From assembly GCF_006345805.1 (NCBI RefSeq), contig NC_042997.1, forward strand, positions 145,700,001-145,764,000: a stretch of DNA of 64,000 nucleotides, in the 5' to 3' direction. Source of the stretch: Octopus sinensis (taxonomy: Eukaryota). Position numbers and translations under genes: made by a program. Shown piece by piece: positions 12,430 through 27,030 of the stretch. The notes beneath the pieces were generated by a model. The model had not been told where the DNA came from and made no database searches. It worked only from the letters and a program-made list of their open reading frames with translations. How positions within the stretch are numbered: the stretch's first letter is position 1; every line of letters starts with the position of its first letter.

Positions 12430-14150
12430 ATAAATCAATGATCTCAGGTAACAGGTCAGTAGAGTACAGATGAGATAGCCATCAATGAAACTAGGAATTC
12501 CGAGATGCAGGTACTTGCGTCCATCTTCGATGATTACGATACCATAGTAGTCCAGAATTAAGGGGTTGGTCGCAGTGTTGTTTGGAAATATTCATTTCAA
12601 TAAACAAACGATCTTACTGAAACAGGATTGTAAGTAACTGGTTCTAGAACTGAGCAGTAGCGAAATCGAATCATGATAGGAACACAGCAGCCATATTACA
12701 TTAGGCGTCTAGCTTTCTAGCTTTCTTTAGAATGCCTCTCTCCTTAGTACTAGCGGGGGCTGGAACAGCATTTTATACGTTGTGACTGCAAAGATGTAAC
12801 GACTAGCATACAGGAAAGTGTCTGTAGAAGTCTATTAAATTTGTTCCAACAATTTCAACAGGATTGTAAGTAACTGGTTCTAGAACTGAGCAGTAGCGAA
12901 ATCGGATCATGATAGGAACACAGCAGCCATATTACATTAGGCGTCTAGCTTTCTAGCTTTCTTTAGAATGCCTCTCTCCTTAGTACTAGCGGGGGCTGGA
13001 ACAGCATTTTATACGTTGTGATTGCAAAGATGTAACGACTAGCATACAGGAAAGTGTCTGTAGAAGTCTATTAAATTTGTTCCAACAATTTCAACAGGAT
13101 TGTAAGTAACTGGTTCTAGAACTGAGCAGTAGCGAAATCGAATCATGATAGGAACACAGCAGCCATATTACATTAGGCGTCTAGCTTTCTAGCTTTCTTT
13201 AGAATGCCTCTCTCCTTAGTACTAGCGGGGGCTGGAACAGCATTTTATACGTTGTGATTGCAAAGATGTAACGACTAGCATACAGGAAAGTGTCTGTAGA
13301 AGTCTATTAAATTTGTTCCAACAATTTCAACAGGATTGTAAGTAACTGGTTCTAGAACTGAGCAGTAGCGAAATCGGATCATGATAGGAACACAGCAGCC
13401 ATATTACATTAGGCGTCTAGCTTTCTAGCTTTCTTTAGAATGCCTCTCTCCTTAGTACTAGCGGGGGCTGGAACAGCATTTTATACGTTGTGATTGCAAA
13501 GGTGTAACGACTAGCATACAGGAAAGTGTCTGTAGAAGTCTATTAAACGGTCTGATAGAAAACGACTGGATTTCCCAAATGCGATGGTCTAGACTCTAGA
13601 GTCTATACATAAAGTAGCTGCCTCGTGTTTGTATCTAGATAAGGTATTTGTTAGGTCGGTGAACAAAGTTATTGAAAAATGTTCACAATTAAAATTTGTT
13701 GAATACGCAGATCCCAAAACTTGTCATGTGCTTGGTCGACCTAGTTAGAACCTAGTTATTGGACGTTAGCGCGTCGTTTCCGACAAACAAAGCTTATAGT
13801 GACTGGTCGATGGTTAAGACAAATAGACAAAGAGAGAACTGTCCGAGTGTAACACACTCGGTATATCATTTCAATACCGTTAGTCTCGTTTTAGGATCTT
13901 GGCTTTTACTCTACGAGCTAGATGCAGCGAGACTCATCCTACTCGAAGGATGGCAATTCAGTGAAACAGTATTTGCAAATGAGGATGGCGTTACTCTTAC
14001 GGTGACAGATATCTCAGTAGAGAAACTCGTGTTGCCGTTAGGGATGTGTACTTTGTAACCTTGTCCATTGAAGTATGGATACTTCTCAAAAATCATTGGC
14101 GAAGCTGTGTTAACGACGATGTAAATGTCTCAATTTAAACCTCTCATATA
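12430..14150 (+). mobile_element. Decayed L1/Tx1-like LINE ORF2 5' part (APE endonuclease and linker)
   Basis: Frameshifted motifs LVLAG(D)WNSIL, YLDKVFVR and PSYWTLxASF, corresponding to the GDWN, YLDR and YWKLN motifs of L1/Tx1 ORF2. Confidence 0.65.
12621..13547 (+). repeat. Tandem repeat, 236 bp x 3.9 copies, near-identical
   Basis: Unit starts (aacaggattgtaagtaactgg) at 12621, 12857, 13093 and 13329. Confidence 0.97.
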
Positions 14151-14398
14151 TCGCAGTAGTGGTGCCAACATGACGTGCAACAGAAGCCGAGTGAAAAAGA
14201 TAAATGTCATTTCTGTACTCACACATTGTTCGCTGATATCGTTGCTGATATGTAGTGTAATTTGGATATCAATCACACACTACAGCTTCTTCCTATTCCA
14301 TACAATGAGACTGTATAACTATTTCACATGTTTGTTCACTCAATAAAATATGAGGCTATATGAATACAAACACTACGAGCACATACAAGCATATCTAT

Positions 14399-14448
14399 CT
14401 TGTAATTTGTGCCGTCTGTGTGCAGCCCTGTGTGGCTAATAAAGAAAC
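14399..14448 (+). mobile_element. 50-bp 3' terminus of the Tx1-like family, followed by (TATC)n
   Basis: Matches 16235-16284 (cttgtaa.ttgt.cc.tctgtgtgcagccctgtgtggc.aataaagaaac). Confidence 0.85.
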
Positions 14449-14449
14449 A

Positions 14450-14654
<205 letters not shown>

Positions 14655-14659
14655 GTCTG

Positions 14660-16284
14660 CTCCAAGTGGAGAAGAACTGGAACGAGATAACGAGTAGGGT
14701 GGTCACTCTCGCCCGGCAATGGGCCGAGAGGGTCTGTCCCTAAAAGGTCGGGCGGAGGTGGCGAACACGTACATCGCGTCTGTCATCTACTACCGCCTGA
14801 CCGTCGTACCTTGTCCCGACCCTACCATCACCAAACTACAACGCATTCTCTTTCGCTTCTTGTGGAAAGGATGCGTCCCGATGGTCAGGCGATCCATTTG
14901 CTGTCAACACCCGTTAAAAGGAGGGCTGGGCATGCCGTGGTTGATGATGCGCAGACACGCGCTGAGACTGCGAGATCTCTGGCTCTATGTAGACGACGGT
15001 GAACAAGTGTGGTCGCCGTTTGTGAGGCACGCTTTCCCGCAGCTCGTCTCCATGACCGAACTGCAGTTGTGGATCAAAAAGAGGCCGAGGAAAGGCGAAT
15101 GGCACCGCGAGTGTCGCGTTGCTCTCAAGCAACTCTGCCGTCCTGGGTCGACCTTGAGTGACTTCAACACAACCAAAGCATTCTATAGGGGATTAGTGGA
15201 GGGGAGGTACGACGACGAGCTCGGGGCGAACCTGGACGTCGACGAGGAGTACCTGACCCGCCTGTTCAGGACGACTTTCGGGCCAGGGCCCATGGACAAC
15301 TTCCAGAGATCCCTGGCCTGGCAGTGTTACCGAGAAGCGCTACCCGTTCGGATAAGCTCTACAGACACGGCTCGAGAAACACGGGGCCGACCTGCCCGAG
15401 ATGCGGTCAGAGCGACGAAACCGTTCTGCACGCACTCGTGCAGTGTCCAACAATTTCCGACCTGTGGGCTTGTGTCGAACAACTGCTGTCACGTGTGGGA
15501 CGAGTCGGTTTATCAGCTGAGTCTATCGTCAATATTGTCACGCCTCCTTCCTTCAAACGGGAAGGAAGAGCTATTTTCATCATCCTTGTGGCTATGGCGA
15601 AAGAATGTATCTGGTGGACGCATCTGAAAGGATTGGAGACAAACACTTTCCTCTCTGGTCAATCTCTCATCAACTTCTTCAAGTACCACTTGAAAAGGAA
15701 AGTGAGAGTAGAGAGGCAAGTTTTGTCTAGCGAATGTTTAAAAAAAAGATGGGTGAATGTAGCAAGGATGGCACGTATGAATGACGAAGCCACCTTGAGC
15801 ATAATCCTATGAACCCAGAAATAGAAAACAGAGGGTTACCCACTTGCAAACAAATGTGGTAACATATAACAATATTGACCAAGGTTACCGTGGTCTTTTT
15901 CGTAGGCTTTTCTTCCCACGGATAAACCTTACTTGCTTTCCCCTTTACACCATATATCATAACACTGTGATACACGATCCCTATTGATCGTTCTTTTTTT
16001 TCCTCTTCCCCTTTTTTTCCCCTTTTTTCTTCTTTTTTCATTTCTCTTTTCTTTTGTTCCTTTTCCCTTTCTTTTTTTTTTCCTTTTATTCTTTTTATTT
16101 TTTATTCTATTTTTTAAATTTAATCTAATTTAATTTTTTTTTGTTTTGTTGTTCTTTTCTTCCCTTTTACGATCCCTCTTGATCGAAAACCTACGCCAGC
16201 CCCTTTTTTTCATCCCCCAAAAGAAAAGCTCTACCTTGTAACTTGTCCCATCTGTGTGCAGCCCTGTGTGGCCAATAAAGAAAC
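14660..16284 (+). mobile_element. 5'-truncated L1/Tx1-like LINE: RT C-terminus, zf-RVT region and 3' UTR
   Basis: [57 protein letters not shown]. Two frameshifts (about 14725 and 15350), stop at 15812, AATAAA at 16274 and a (TATC)n-like tail. Confidence 0.92.
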
Positions 16285-16326
16285 TTATCTGTCTGTCTGT
16301 CGGTCTTTCTGGTTGTCTATCCCTAA

Positions 16327-16401
<75 letters not shown>

Positions 16402-16605
16402 GCTAGCTAGCTAGCTAGCTATCTAGCTATCTATCTAGCTATCTAGCTATCTATCTAGATTTCTATTAATATTGATGTTTCTTTTTTATATATATTAACT
16501 GCATAAAGAAAAATACTCTAAGCACACTAAAATATTCATTTTATCAAACGTTGACATAAACTTTCAAGTTTCGCCAAGTAAGACTCTCCAATCTATTGTA
16601 AAGAA

Positions 16606-16893
16606 ACGTATGATAAGACTTAAGTGTTATAAAAAATTGAAGAGTTTAGTGTTATAGGCAACCTGATACTACAAAAGACAATAATGGTAATGACTTCACA
16701 TTTAGACATTGCTCTAACAGTTTTTGTGGGGAGGTTGACTAGCACTTTACGTATGATAAGACTTAAGTGTTATAAAAAATTGAAGAGTTTAGTGTTATAT
16801 GCAATCTGATACTACAAAAGACAATAATGATAATGACTTCACATTTAGACATTGCCCTAATAGTTTTTGTGGGGAGGTTGACTAGTACTTTAC
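16606..16893 (+). repeat. Tandem duplication, 143 bp x 2
   Basis: acgtatgataagacttaagtg starts at 16606 and 16749, with a few substitutions between copies. Confidence 0.93.
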
Positions 16894-16975
16894 TTTATCG
16901 ACCCCGAAAGAATGAAAGGCAAAGTTAACTTCGGCGTGACTAGAACACAGAACATAAGATGCCGGAATAGTATAT
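16885..16975 (-). mobile_element. SINE family C fragment
   Basis: tttatcgaccccgaaagaatgaaaggcaaagttaacttcggcg. Confidence 0.75.
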
Positions 16976-17099
16976 TCTATATGCCAACGAAATCGGAAGA
17001 TTGTGAGAAATACATTTTATTGGAGTTGAATTGAGCTGTGATCAATTGCATGTGTATATAGGATAGTTTAATTTATATGTTAATTTCTTTGACACTCTA

Positions 17100-17400
17100 T
17101 GAAGCATAGGAGCCGACAAAAGAACTCTACCTTTATCAGTCTTTGCCAATAGATTGCAGTTGTCTCCATCTGTAGCTGTCTAACTTCAGTTTCTTCAGTT
17201 TCAGTAGACGTCCATGTTTTGGTCTGCTATGCTTGTATTTCCTTTGGGACGTTCATTGGAGAGCCTGCCTTGTAATACCGGAAAGAGGTTTCCATAGGGT
17301 GTCTCCTAGCCAACCCCATTTCCTTCGATTGATCTGACTTCTGCTTAGTTACTGATTCGTTTTGTCTCGCAGGTCTTTGTTTGTGAGACTGTCACATAGT
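17100..17400 (-). mobile_element. Possible RTE-like LINE 3' fragment
   Basis: Minus strand reads WRQLQSIGKD*..LLSAPML, resembling the RTE C-terminal W..L...A.DR..W..LVSALC pattern. Heavily decayed. Confidence 0.35.
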
Positions 17401-19425
17401 TTATGGAATTATATAGCAAAGCCATTAAATTTGAAAATATCTGTTCACACTTCTAACAGACTGTCGGAATAGTGCGTAAATCTTTGTTCAAAGTCAGCAT
17501 AGTATCACCCTCACTGGAGACACACCTAAAGATCATTATAATTTATGAAAACTTGTTTTCATAATGACAATAATGTTTTACAGCTTTTACAGTGTTCACA
17601 GACCATTGAGCAACACTCATGATATCGGCATTTCGAAGTGAATCATCATGATACATGGAACACTTTTCCAATATTCAAATGGCTTCCAAACCTCGATATC
17701 AGTGAAATTTACTCAACAACAAGTTTAATCTTTAGGCAATCCAACGCCGTAACTGTTCCCCGATTCATCAAGTTGTATCGAGATGATAAAAACATCAAAT
17801 TTAGTCAGAATACTTTGTATATATATGTATATACACACACACATATGTGTGTGTGTGTATGTGTGTGTGTGTGCGTGTGTGCTTATGTATCGATGTATAT
17901 ATGTTTGTATGCATATTAATGGCCGTTTTTACATTGAGTTACAATAAAAGCAATTTTAGATTAAGCTGAAGAATTACTCAATAGATGTAGAGTACATGTT
18001 TGTTATATTTTTACCAGAAGAACAGTGACATTGACTTCGAAGTCTCGAGAGTCTGGTGAAGGCTTAGGCCGCCACTGTCATCACTTTTCTTGCAAATTAC
18101 GTAGAATGTGTAAGTGTTGCGTAATGGGTTCACTTCGCACCTCATGTTACTTAAAGCTATGTCGACGTGAAACAAACATGCCCAGCTCATGTTTACAAAG
18201 CTTTCAGTAACACGAGGAGCTATGTAAACATAGTACTCACTAAATACAATTTCGACTATAAGTGTTGAGTTCTACTTCCGTTCGTTTCCATATTCACCTA
18301 CACACACACACACACAGACACACACACACACACACGCACTCATACACACATTATGCGGATGTTCAATGGCTGAAGGATTATTTTGCATTTGTTAAACAAT
18401 CTTTTATGTATTTCATGATTGTCTTTACGATTAACTCCTATCTATTCCAAACGTATATTTATTACATTAAAGACTGACTCGATGCATCTGCATGCGGCTA
18501 AAATGTCTAAATATGCAGTGCTTTAATTAATTATTCAACAAACTATTTGAATAAAAAAAGATACGTTTTGTTAACAAGAATAAGTCACTATATTTCAATC
18601 ATGTACAATGCAATTTCACTTCGAAACCAGTTATCGTTTCGCAAACTCCGTTCCATTTACATACATAGAACAACTACTGTCGACTGGTGCAAGCTACACC
18701 GATATTCTGCCCATTCTAAAGTGCTCAGAGTGTGATTGTTTCTCTATACTATTCCATTTGCATATTAAAACCCTAAATTTATGTTAATTTAACCTTTCAT
18801 GCGTTAAAATCTCTCGTACGTCAAGACTCCTCGCACACCAAAAACTCTCTCGTACTTCAAAACATTTCGACAGTTTTGAGGTAACAACGCCCAGTTGTTG
18901 GACTCGTTGAATTATCTAGCAAATCGGTTGACATGCTTGCGCACTTTTAGTGCCATTCTCAAATAGAATCTGATATAGACTGTTTGATCGTTGGATTACA
19001 AGTACCAAGCATGCAATGATTTTCGTCCAGTCGATTTTTCTCAATGCCTGATCTAAGGATACCGTAAAGACAAAAACGGCAGATAGTGAAATGGAAACAG
19101 ATATCGTAGTTTCAAAGCGAACGTTTGAAATCACTCAACGTATACTAAAAGAAAAATAGAATATATCTAGTGTCATAACAATGATCTCGTTCAGATCACC
19201 CTCTTAGGGCTAAATCTCATTCCAAATGATTACATGTCTCCTGTACCACAGATCTTACAAGCAACTCTTCAATATAGGCGCAAGCATATCTCTGTGGTAA
19301 GAAATTTGCTTCCTAACCATATGGCTTTGGCTTCAGTCAAAGAGACTCAGATTTTCTACTGTAACTTCGGACGACAGGTTTTTCAGTGGATCTGGCAGGC
19401 GAAAACTGAAAGACACCCATGGTGC

Positions 19426-19476
<51 letters not shown>

Positions 19477-19668
19477 TGTATGTATGTATGTATGTATGTA
19501 TGTATGTATGTATGTATGTATGTATGTATGTATGTATGTGTGTGTGTGTGTGTGTATGTGTGCGTGTGTCTATGTATGTATATATACAGGGCGAGAGAGA
19601 TGTGTCTTCGTGATTTTGTTTATCATTCACCACCATTTGACAACTGGAGTTGGTGCGCTCACATCCCC

Positions 19669-19722
19669 ATATATTAGCAGTGTGACGCATATGTATATGC
19701 GTATATATATAATGTTTTTATA

Positions 19723-19782
<60 letters not shown>

Positions 19783-19830
19783 AACATTATATATATACGC
19801 ATATACATATGCGTCACACTGCTAATATAT
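19669..19830. repeat. Perfect 49-bp inverted repeat enclosing (TA)n
   Basis: 19669-19717 is the exact reverse complement of 19782-19830. Confidence 0.95.
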
Positions 19831-20194
19831 ATAGTCAAGGACATAGAAACAATTCAGGCCTATATACTGAAGATAGACGCTAAATAGTCTCACCACTTTA
19901 AAAATAATCATAACGTTATACATGTGCTGAAATAGGAGTAGAGAGATTATTTAGCGTCTATATCCAGCATATATGCTAGAATTTTCTCTGTGACAATCCT
20001 AATTATATATGATTTTACCTTAGTAGGTCTATTTTATATACTGGCTATTGATAAAAAAGATTTAAGATTATATATATATATACTGGTAAGATTATATATA
20101 TGAGTATATATACATAAATATATACGAACGTACACAAACGCATATGCAAGCAGAAACATACATTTGCAGGTTCAATATATGCTCTCTCTCTCTC

Positions 20195-20262
<68 letters not shown>

Positions 20263-20679
20263 GAGAGACAGACAGACAGACAGACAGAGAGTTACACATA
20301 TACATGTATATACATTTATATATATGATATATTTTTTGTTTAAATTAAAACTGTGAATAGGTATCAATGAAACTCCTGTTTTCACACTTTTTTTTTCAGC
20401 ATTTCAGGATGGTTTTATGTTCGCCGGTGTGTCTTCAATATTTTCTAAATGGCTTTCGTTTCCATTGTCCGGTTCGTAAATATTGTTTTCTTAAATTTTA
20501 TCTTTGGATGACAACGTTTTATGCGCCAATTATTCGGCTGCTCTCTTTTCATTGGTCGGTTTCGATATTACATCCGGCTTGCCACCGGAGTCTTTAGCAG
20601 AATTATAATTCATACTTTCGAACTTCTTGTGCTATCTCTTTTCAATACCCAATTCGAAGTTTGGTGTGATGCTGCTTAT

Positions 20680-21640
<961 letters not shown>

Positions 21641-21659
21641 CATAAACACATGTATATAA

Positions 21660-22150
21660 TTTTGCTAACTTTGATAGCTTTCGGCCAATATAGGCCCAGG
21701 CCATGTCTAACTCAATAGCACCACCTGGTGAAGTCTGTTAGTCATATATGGGACACGATAGCCCACTCTAACAAAGAGTTTTTATTATTGGAGACGTATC
21801 CGGGAGCAGTTGATTGGGCTGAGACTTTTTGAAGACATTTGTTCAGTGAACATTTGAATTTTATTGCATCCGTTTCCGTTTTGATGCATCTTAGCATGGT
21901 ATTAAAGGGAGCTGGACCGGTGAAGACAAAGTAATTGTGACGTAATGTTCCTATGTGTACCGAGTTCGATTTTTGTAGTGGACGGATAGTACAGCGGCCA
22001 ATAATTAATGCCTCTCATGCCGTCAATCTGTCTTGTTATGGACCTCTGGAGTACTTCTACTTTCATAATGAATTGCTTTGTATGGGAGGTGGGTACAGTG
22101 GGCAACAGTACTCAAGTTGGGGTCGAGCAAACATTCTACATTGAGAATCT
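21660..22150 (-). mobile_element. CR1/L2-like LINE 3' end
   Basis: Minus strand reads DAIKFKCSLNKCLQKVSAQSTAPGYVSNNKNSLLEWAI, resembling the FK..LDKFL...PDQP..PGY...N.NSL C-terminus. Confidence 0.6.
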
Positions 22151-22199
22151 TTGCAGATGATTCCAAATACCAGAAAACCATGAAGTACATGAGAGACCG

Positions 22200-22400
22200 A
22201 ACATACATACATACAAACAAAAATACCATGTTGTTGATGTTCAAATTCCTGTGAAGGAACCCTGGATCTAGGTTAGAAACCGGTTCTTTATCTATTCACA
22301 AGAAATCTTCAAATAAACTGAATAATGGCATACAATACATACATACATACATACATACATACATACATACATACATACATACATACATACATACATACAT
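22200..22400 (+). mobile_element. 3' UTR of the RLE LINE family with (ACAT)n tail
   Basis: Matches 7590-7662 and ends in aataaactgaataatggcatacaatacatacat. Confidence 0.65.
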
Positions 22401-22959
22401 ACGTGCACGACGACTGAAAATCAATTTCGTGGAATGTCAACGCTTGGTTGTTCTCTTCAGCAAGAGCTTTTCAGACCCGAGAGATCTATATCGTTCAGAT
22501 GTGGCAACAGTGGGCAACTCTTGCAGTAGGTGTTACCATACTATTTTCGTCAAACTTTGTATAATATTTCAGTCCGCCTCTTCGTCCACATTCTTTTTCA
22601 TATTCCCTACAAGTAGAGATACTCTATGTTGCTTTCTTAAATAATTCCATGTGTGCGGGTGAGCGGCTTCTCTGAAGATTTATAAAGCCTGCCTTACTTA
22701 GACATGCCCACACTCAGGTACTTACATTATAAATTCTGTACCAATTCCATTTGTCTTCTTGCGTCAAACTGCTACTTTACAAGAATGGAAGCAACGCAAT
22801 TTCAGCTGACAAACGCAGTTACACGAATACACAGGCACGCGCGCACGCCCCCTCCATACACACAGTGCAAGGTGCATCGCAGGACAACTGTCAATATATT
22901 ATTCTCTTGAGGATAGAAAAACACAAGAAATAAGACGTGCTGTCTGTGTTGCAAACAAA

Positions 22960-23053
22960 GAAGAACTGGGGTTGATTTATTCGACTAAAATCCTTCAAGG
23001 CGGTGTTTCAGCATGGCTGCTGTCCAATGACTGAAGTAAGTAAACGATAAAAG
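22960..23053 (+). mobile_element. SINE family A 3' fragment
   Basis: tcgactaaaatccttcaaggcggtgtttcagcatggctgc...gactgaagtaagtaaacgataaaaga. Confidence 0.75.
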
Positions 23054-23199
23054 ATATGTGCGGGACATACCTATTTAGAAATTGCCAACTTTCTAAATAC
23101 TGCATGATTTTTAGTACAAAAAGTTCGAATGTAATTGGTAGACTCTAGCAGGTATGCTTCAATTGAATTAAAGAGAAAGGAACATTCTTGATGTTTGGG

Positions 23200-24010
23200 A
23201 ACGTTAATTATTCAACAAACATTCAAAACATCATCGATAACGATTCCGGAAAATCAATGAAGACCACTTCCAAAGAACCTCGGATGTCGAAGTGGACTGG
23301 CAAAACTGTGATGCACGAGGACTCGATACAAGGATTCATATCTAAAGAGAGGCCAGTTTATGTCTGTAAAGATATGAAAACCGTTCGATCCTCGCTAAGC
23401 GGTTATTTAACAAGGTTAAATATCGTCATTTATTGGTTCTACTCTGATGTGAAAAATTTGCATGAAAACCAAAAGTGTGGCAGGAGAAATGACAGATGAT
23501 TAAGCATAGGTCATTCTGATGTCCCCAAAGAGATGCAAACTAAGTTTCTAGCAATTGTGATGGTTTTAGGAGTAGTGAGTAATGGAGATCCCGTCAAGGC
23601 ATCTCACACCTTTCCACAACGTCTTGGAATTAATGCTGCAGATTACATTGAGGTGCTGAGGATACTTATTAAGTCCTGGTTGGATGAAGAATGATGTAGA
23701 AGGCTATACGAGCTTCAACAAGACTCAGTACCTTCTCGCAACGCCTACGTAACCCTAGAAAGGATGTTAGACAATATTTACAAGTATGCGACACCAAACG
23801 TATTTTTTCTATAAGTTCGCCAAATTTAAATCCCATGGACTGCTACGTTTTGAGGGTTGTCGAAAGGGAAGCCAATCGACATCCGCACAATACCATAGCG
23901 TCACTAAGGCCGCTATTGTCCAGGTGATGTCCGAAATTAAGGACTATTTAGTACAGACATTTCAACGATTCCCGTGTCATATTGAAGCAGTCATCGAAGT
24001 TAAAGAGTGA
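23200..24010 (+). pseudogene. Decayed maT/DD37D-type transposase
   Basis: FYSDVKNL, KFLAIVMVLGVVSNGD, INAADYIEVL, QQDSVPS...SSPNLNPMDC. The second and third D are about 37 residues apart once a frameshift is corrected. Multiple stops. Confidence 0.8.
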
Positions 24011-24093
24011 TTCATAGAACTATTTTAGAAGAAAGCTTATCGAAAACATGTGCATAATACTTTCATGAAAATATATTTGGCTTTTGTATACTC

Positions 24094-24415
24094 TTTACTC
24101 TTTTACTTGTTTCAGTCATTTGACTGCGGCCATGCTGGAGCACTGCCTTTAGTCGAGCAACTCGACCCCGGGACTTATTCTTTTGTAAGCCCAGTACTTA
24201 TTCTATCGGTCTCTTTTGCCGAACCGCTAAGTAACGGGGACATAAACACACCAGCATCGGTTGTCAAGCAATGCTAGGGGGACAAACACAGACACACACA
24301 CGCATATATATATACATATATACGACGGGCTTCTTTCAGTTTCTGTCTGCCAAATCCACTCACAAGGCTTTGGTCGGCCCGAGGCTATAGTAGAAGCCCA
24401 AGATGCCCAAGGTAT
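24094..24415 (-). mobile_element. SINE family A, 5'-truncated, little diverged
   Basis: ctcttttacttgtttcagtcatttgactgcggccatgctggagcac...gctatagtagaag. Confidence 0.92.
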
Positions 24416-25039
24416 ATTAGAATTATTTTATCAAATTACTTAAAATTTCTTCAAAATAACTCACGCTCCCTGTATATGTATACGAAGGCATATTGCCGGT
24501 TCTCGCATTCATTCATTCATTCATTCACAGAGTATTGTTCAACTCAGGGTTAAAGTAGAAGACACTTGAACAGCTAGTAAAAGCATGGAAAAATATAACG
24601 CTATGAAATATGCGAACAGAAGACAATGTTACGTATTTCACAACGTTATTTATTCATTATTTAAGTAAACGATAAATACACCACCTTTAAATATATTTAT
24701 CTAGCAGAATCATTCTCCTGAAGATATCCAATATTTGCCGAACAAACAGTTTGTATTCCTTCCAGACAATTTGTTTAAATGCAAAATTAAGTTGACACAC
24801 AAAGAATTCTTGCGATGCTTGATGAATTTCTTCTGTGGTTTTGAAATATATTTAAAATTATTTTATTTTTATCCATTATAATTCATCGTTCAAATATCTG
24901 TTCTGCGTATTTGCTTCTCTGAGTATCCCTTGGACGGAAGTCACGTGCACAGACGGCATTGTAACTTTCACTTCCTGCTACTTTTTTCCCTCATTCCGTC
25001 CTTTTATTTCTTTGTTTCCTATTTTGTTTCATACTCTCC

Positions 25040-25064
25040 TTCCTTCTTTCTTTCTTCCTTCTTT

Positions 25065-25135
<71 letters not shown>

Positions 25136-25153
25136 GTCTTTCTGTCTTCCTTC

Positions 25154-25184
<31 letters not shown>

Positions 25185-25279
25185 TCCCTACTTCTCTCTC
25201 TCTCTCTCTTATTGTCTTTATCTTTTTCTTTTCTATCTCACTCTGCATGTCTGTGTCTGTCTGCCTGCTTGCTTGTTTC

Positions 25280-25322
<43 letters not shown>

Positions 25323-25345
25323 GCCTGTCCTGCCCCCCTCTCTCT
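25040..25345. repeat. (TTTC)n/(TC)n microsatellite
   Basis: Directly visible. Confidence 0.95.
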
Positions 25346-25404
25346 CAAGACACTCTTTGCATTAATAGTGTACCAACACAGGTCCTTTATATAGCTTTAA
25401 AGAC

Positions 25405-25466
25405 AGACTCCTAAAGGTGGTGCTCCAGCATGGCCGCAGTCAAATGGCTGAAACAAATAAAAGAAT
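25405..25466 (+). mobile_element. SINE family A 3' tip
   Basis: ctaaaggtggtgctccagcatggccgcagtcaaatggctgaaacaaataaaaga. Confidence 0.8.
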
Positions 25467-26439
25467 AATCCTTCACAAGCATGGAAGAAGGAGGACTGAG
25501 AACCATCAGTCAGTCCAACTGACTGTTTTTACACACTTCTATCAGCAGACACTTTTCAGACATTTAGGTTAGTGCTAATATATTTAATGTGAGGATTATT
25601 AAACATAGCCCTATGCAAGGCATTAAACTGCATCCGGTGTTGAGATTCCAAGGGTGTAGAGTTACCTGTTAGTCATCACTACCCTCAGATGCAGTCTGGC
25701 CCAGAATGGCGGTAGCTATCAAAGGTCCTAGTTATAGAAGAAAACAATCCTGTGACTGAGGCATAGAGGACTAAAGGAGGGGTTGGCACCCACATACTCA
25801 CAGATGTTACGTGAATCAATCCCTCTCCCTATGGGCTAATCAAGTCCTATGACCAAAGAGTAAGCTCGGGAGTGCAGGAGACAAAGAGTATTAACTGTAG
25901 AAAACCAGCATGGGGCAACGAGGAACCGCAGCTATGTCTTTCCTTAGATAAAAATTGCAAATTTTAGTATGGAAGTCCATTATCACCACTGCCTGTGGAC
26001 ATGACATGTAAAGAAAAAAAAATAAAATGATTAAAAAGCTAAATAAAAACAATTATGTGATGAGTAAAGAAATAATATTAGATAATGACTAATGCCATTT
26101 TTAATTAGCTCAGCAAGAATATTAGAAATATATATATATTAATGATTTAATGAATAAATCATTACATTGGAGTCGAGAGTTTGGTGTGGTGCTTAAGCTG
26201 ATAGACAGAGTACAGTAAATAAGGAATAAGAAACAAACAGATGGATATTAAAAAAGGTTAACAACACGTTGTACAGCTTGTACTGCATGCCGACAAAGCA
26301 AAGATACAGTTGCAACATATATTATGAAAACCTTCCTATACATGAACACCCGACAACAAAAACTAGAAGGTTTCTAAGCTTCAAAGATCACTGATGATCT
26401 CACATACAAACGACACACATACACACACACAATACAGTC

Positions 26440-26544
26440 ACACATATGTATATATATATATATCTGTACCCATATATGCGTGTATATATACATGTAGAGG
26501 TAGGTACGTACATATATGTATATATATATGCATATTTTTATTTA

Positions 26545-26586
<42 letters not shown>

Positions 26587-26604
26587 TATATATATATAGC
26601 ATAT

Positions 26605-26664
<60 letters not shown>

Positions 26665-26777
26665 CATATATACATTTATATATATATATATATATATACA
26701 TGCACACATACGTACAAATATCTTTCTCTTTTATATATATATATATATATTATATATATACATTAACATATATACAT

Positions 26778-26811
<34 letters not shown>

Positions 26812-26826
26812 ATACATATATATATA

Positions 26827-26865
<39 letters not shown>

Positions 26866-26968
26866 TACATATATACCTATACACATATATTTACACACAC
26901 ACACACACACACATGCATACACATATATATATTTATATACATATATACACATACATACATACATGCAT

Positions 26969-27010
<42 letters not shown>

Positions 27011-27030
27011 AATACACACATTCAAACACA
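26440..27030. repeat. Compound (TA)n/(CA)n microsatellite
   Basis: Directly visible. Confidence 0.95.

Noticed and set aside
12621-13547. CRISPR-like array
   Set aside because: The units are contiguous 236-bp repeats without unique spacers, in a eukaryotic LINE context.
21680-21720. GGCC-loop-GGCC-GAAA on the minus strand as a hammerhead
   Set aside because: There is no CUGANGA core upstream of the stem.
25480-25990. Possible RTE 5' region
   Set aside because: Only a vague resemblance to the KIATWN motif, too weak to annotate.
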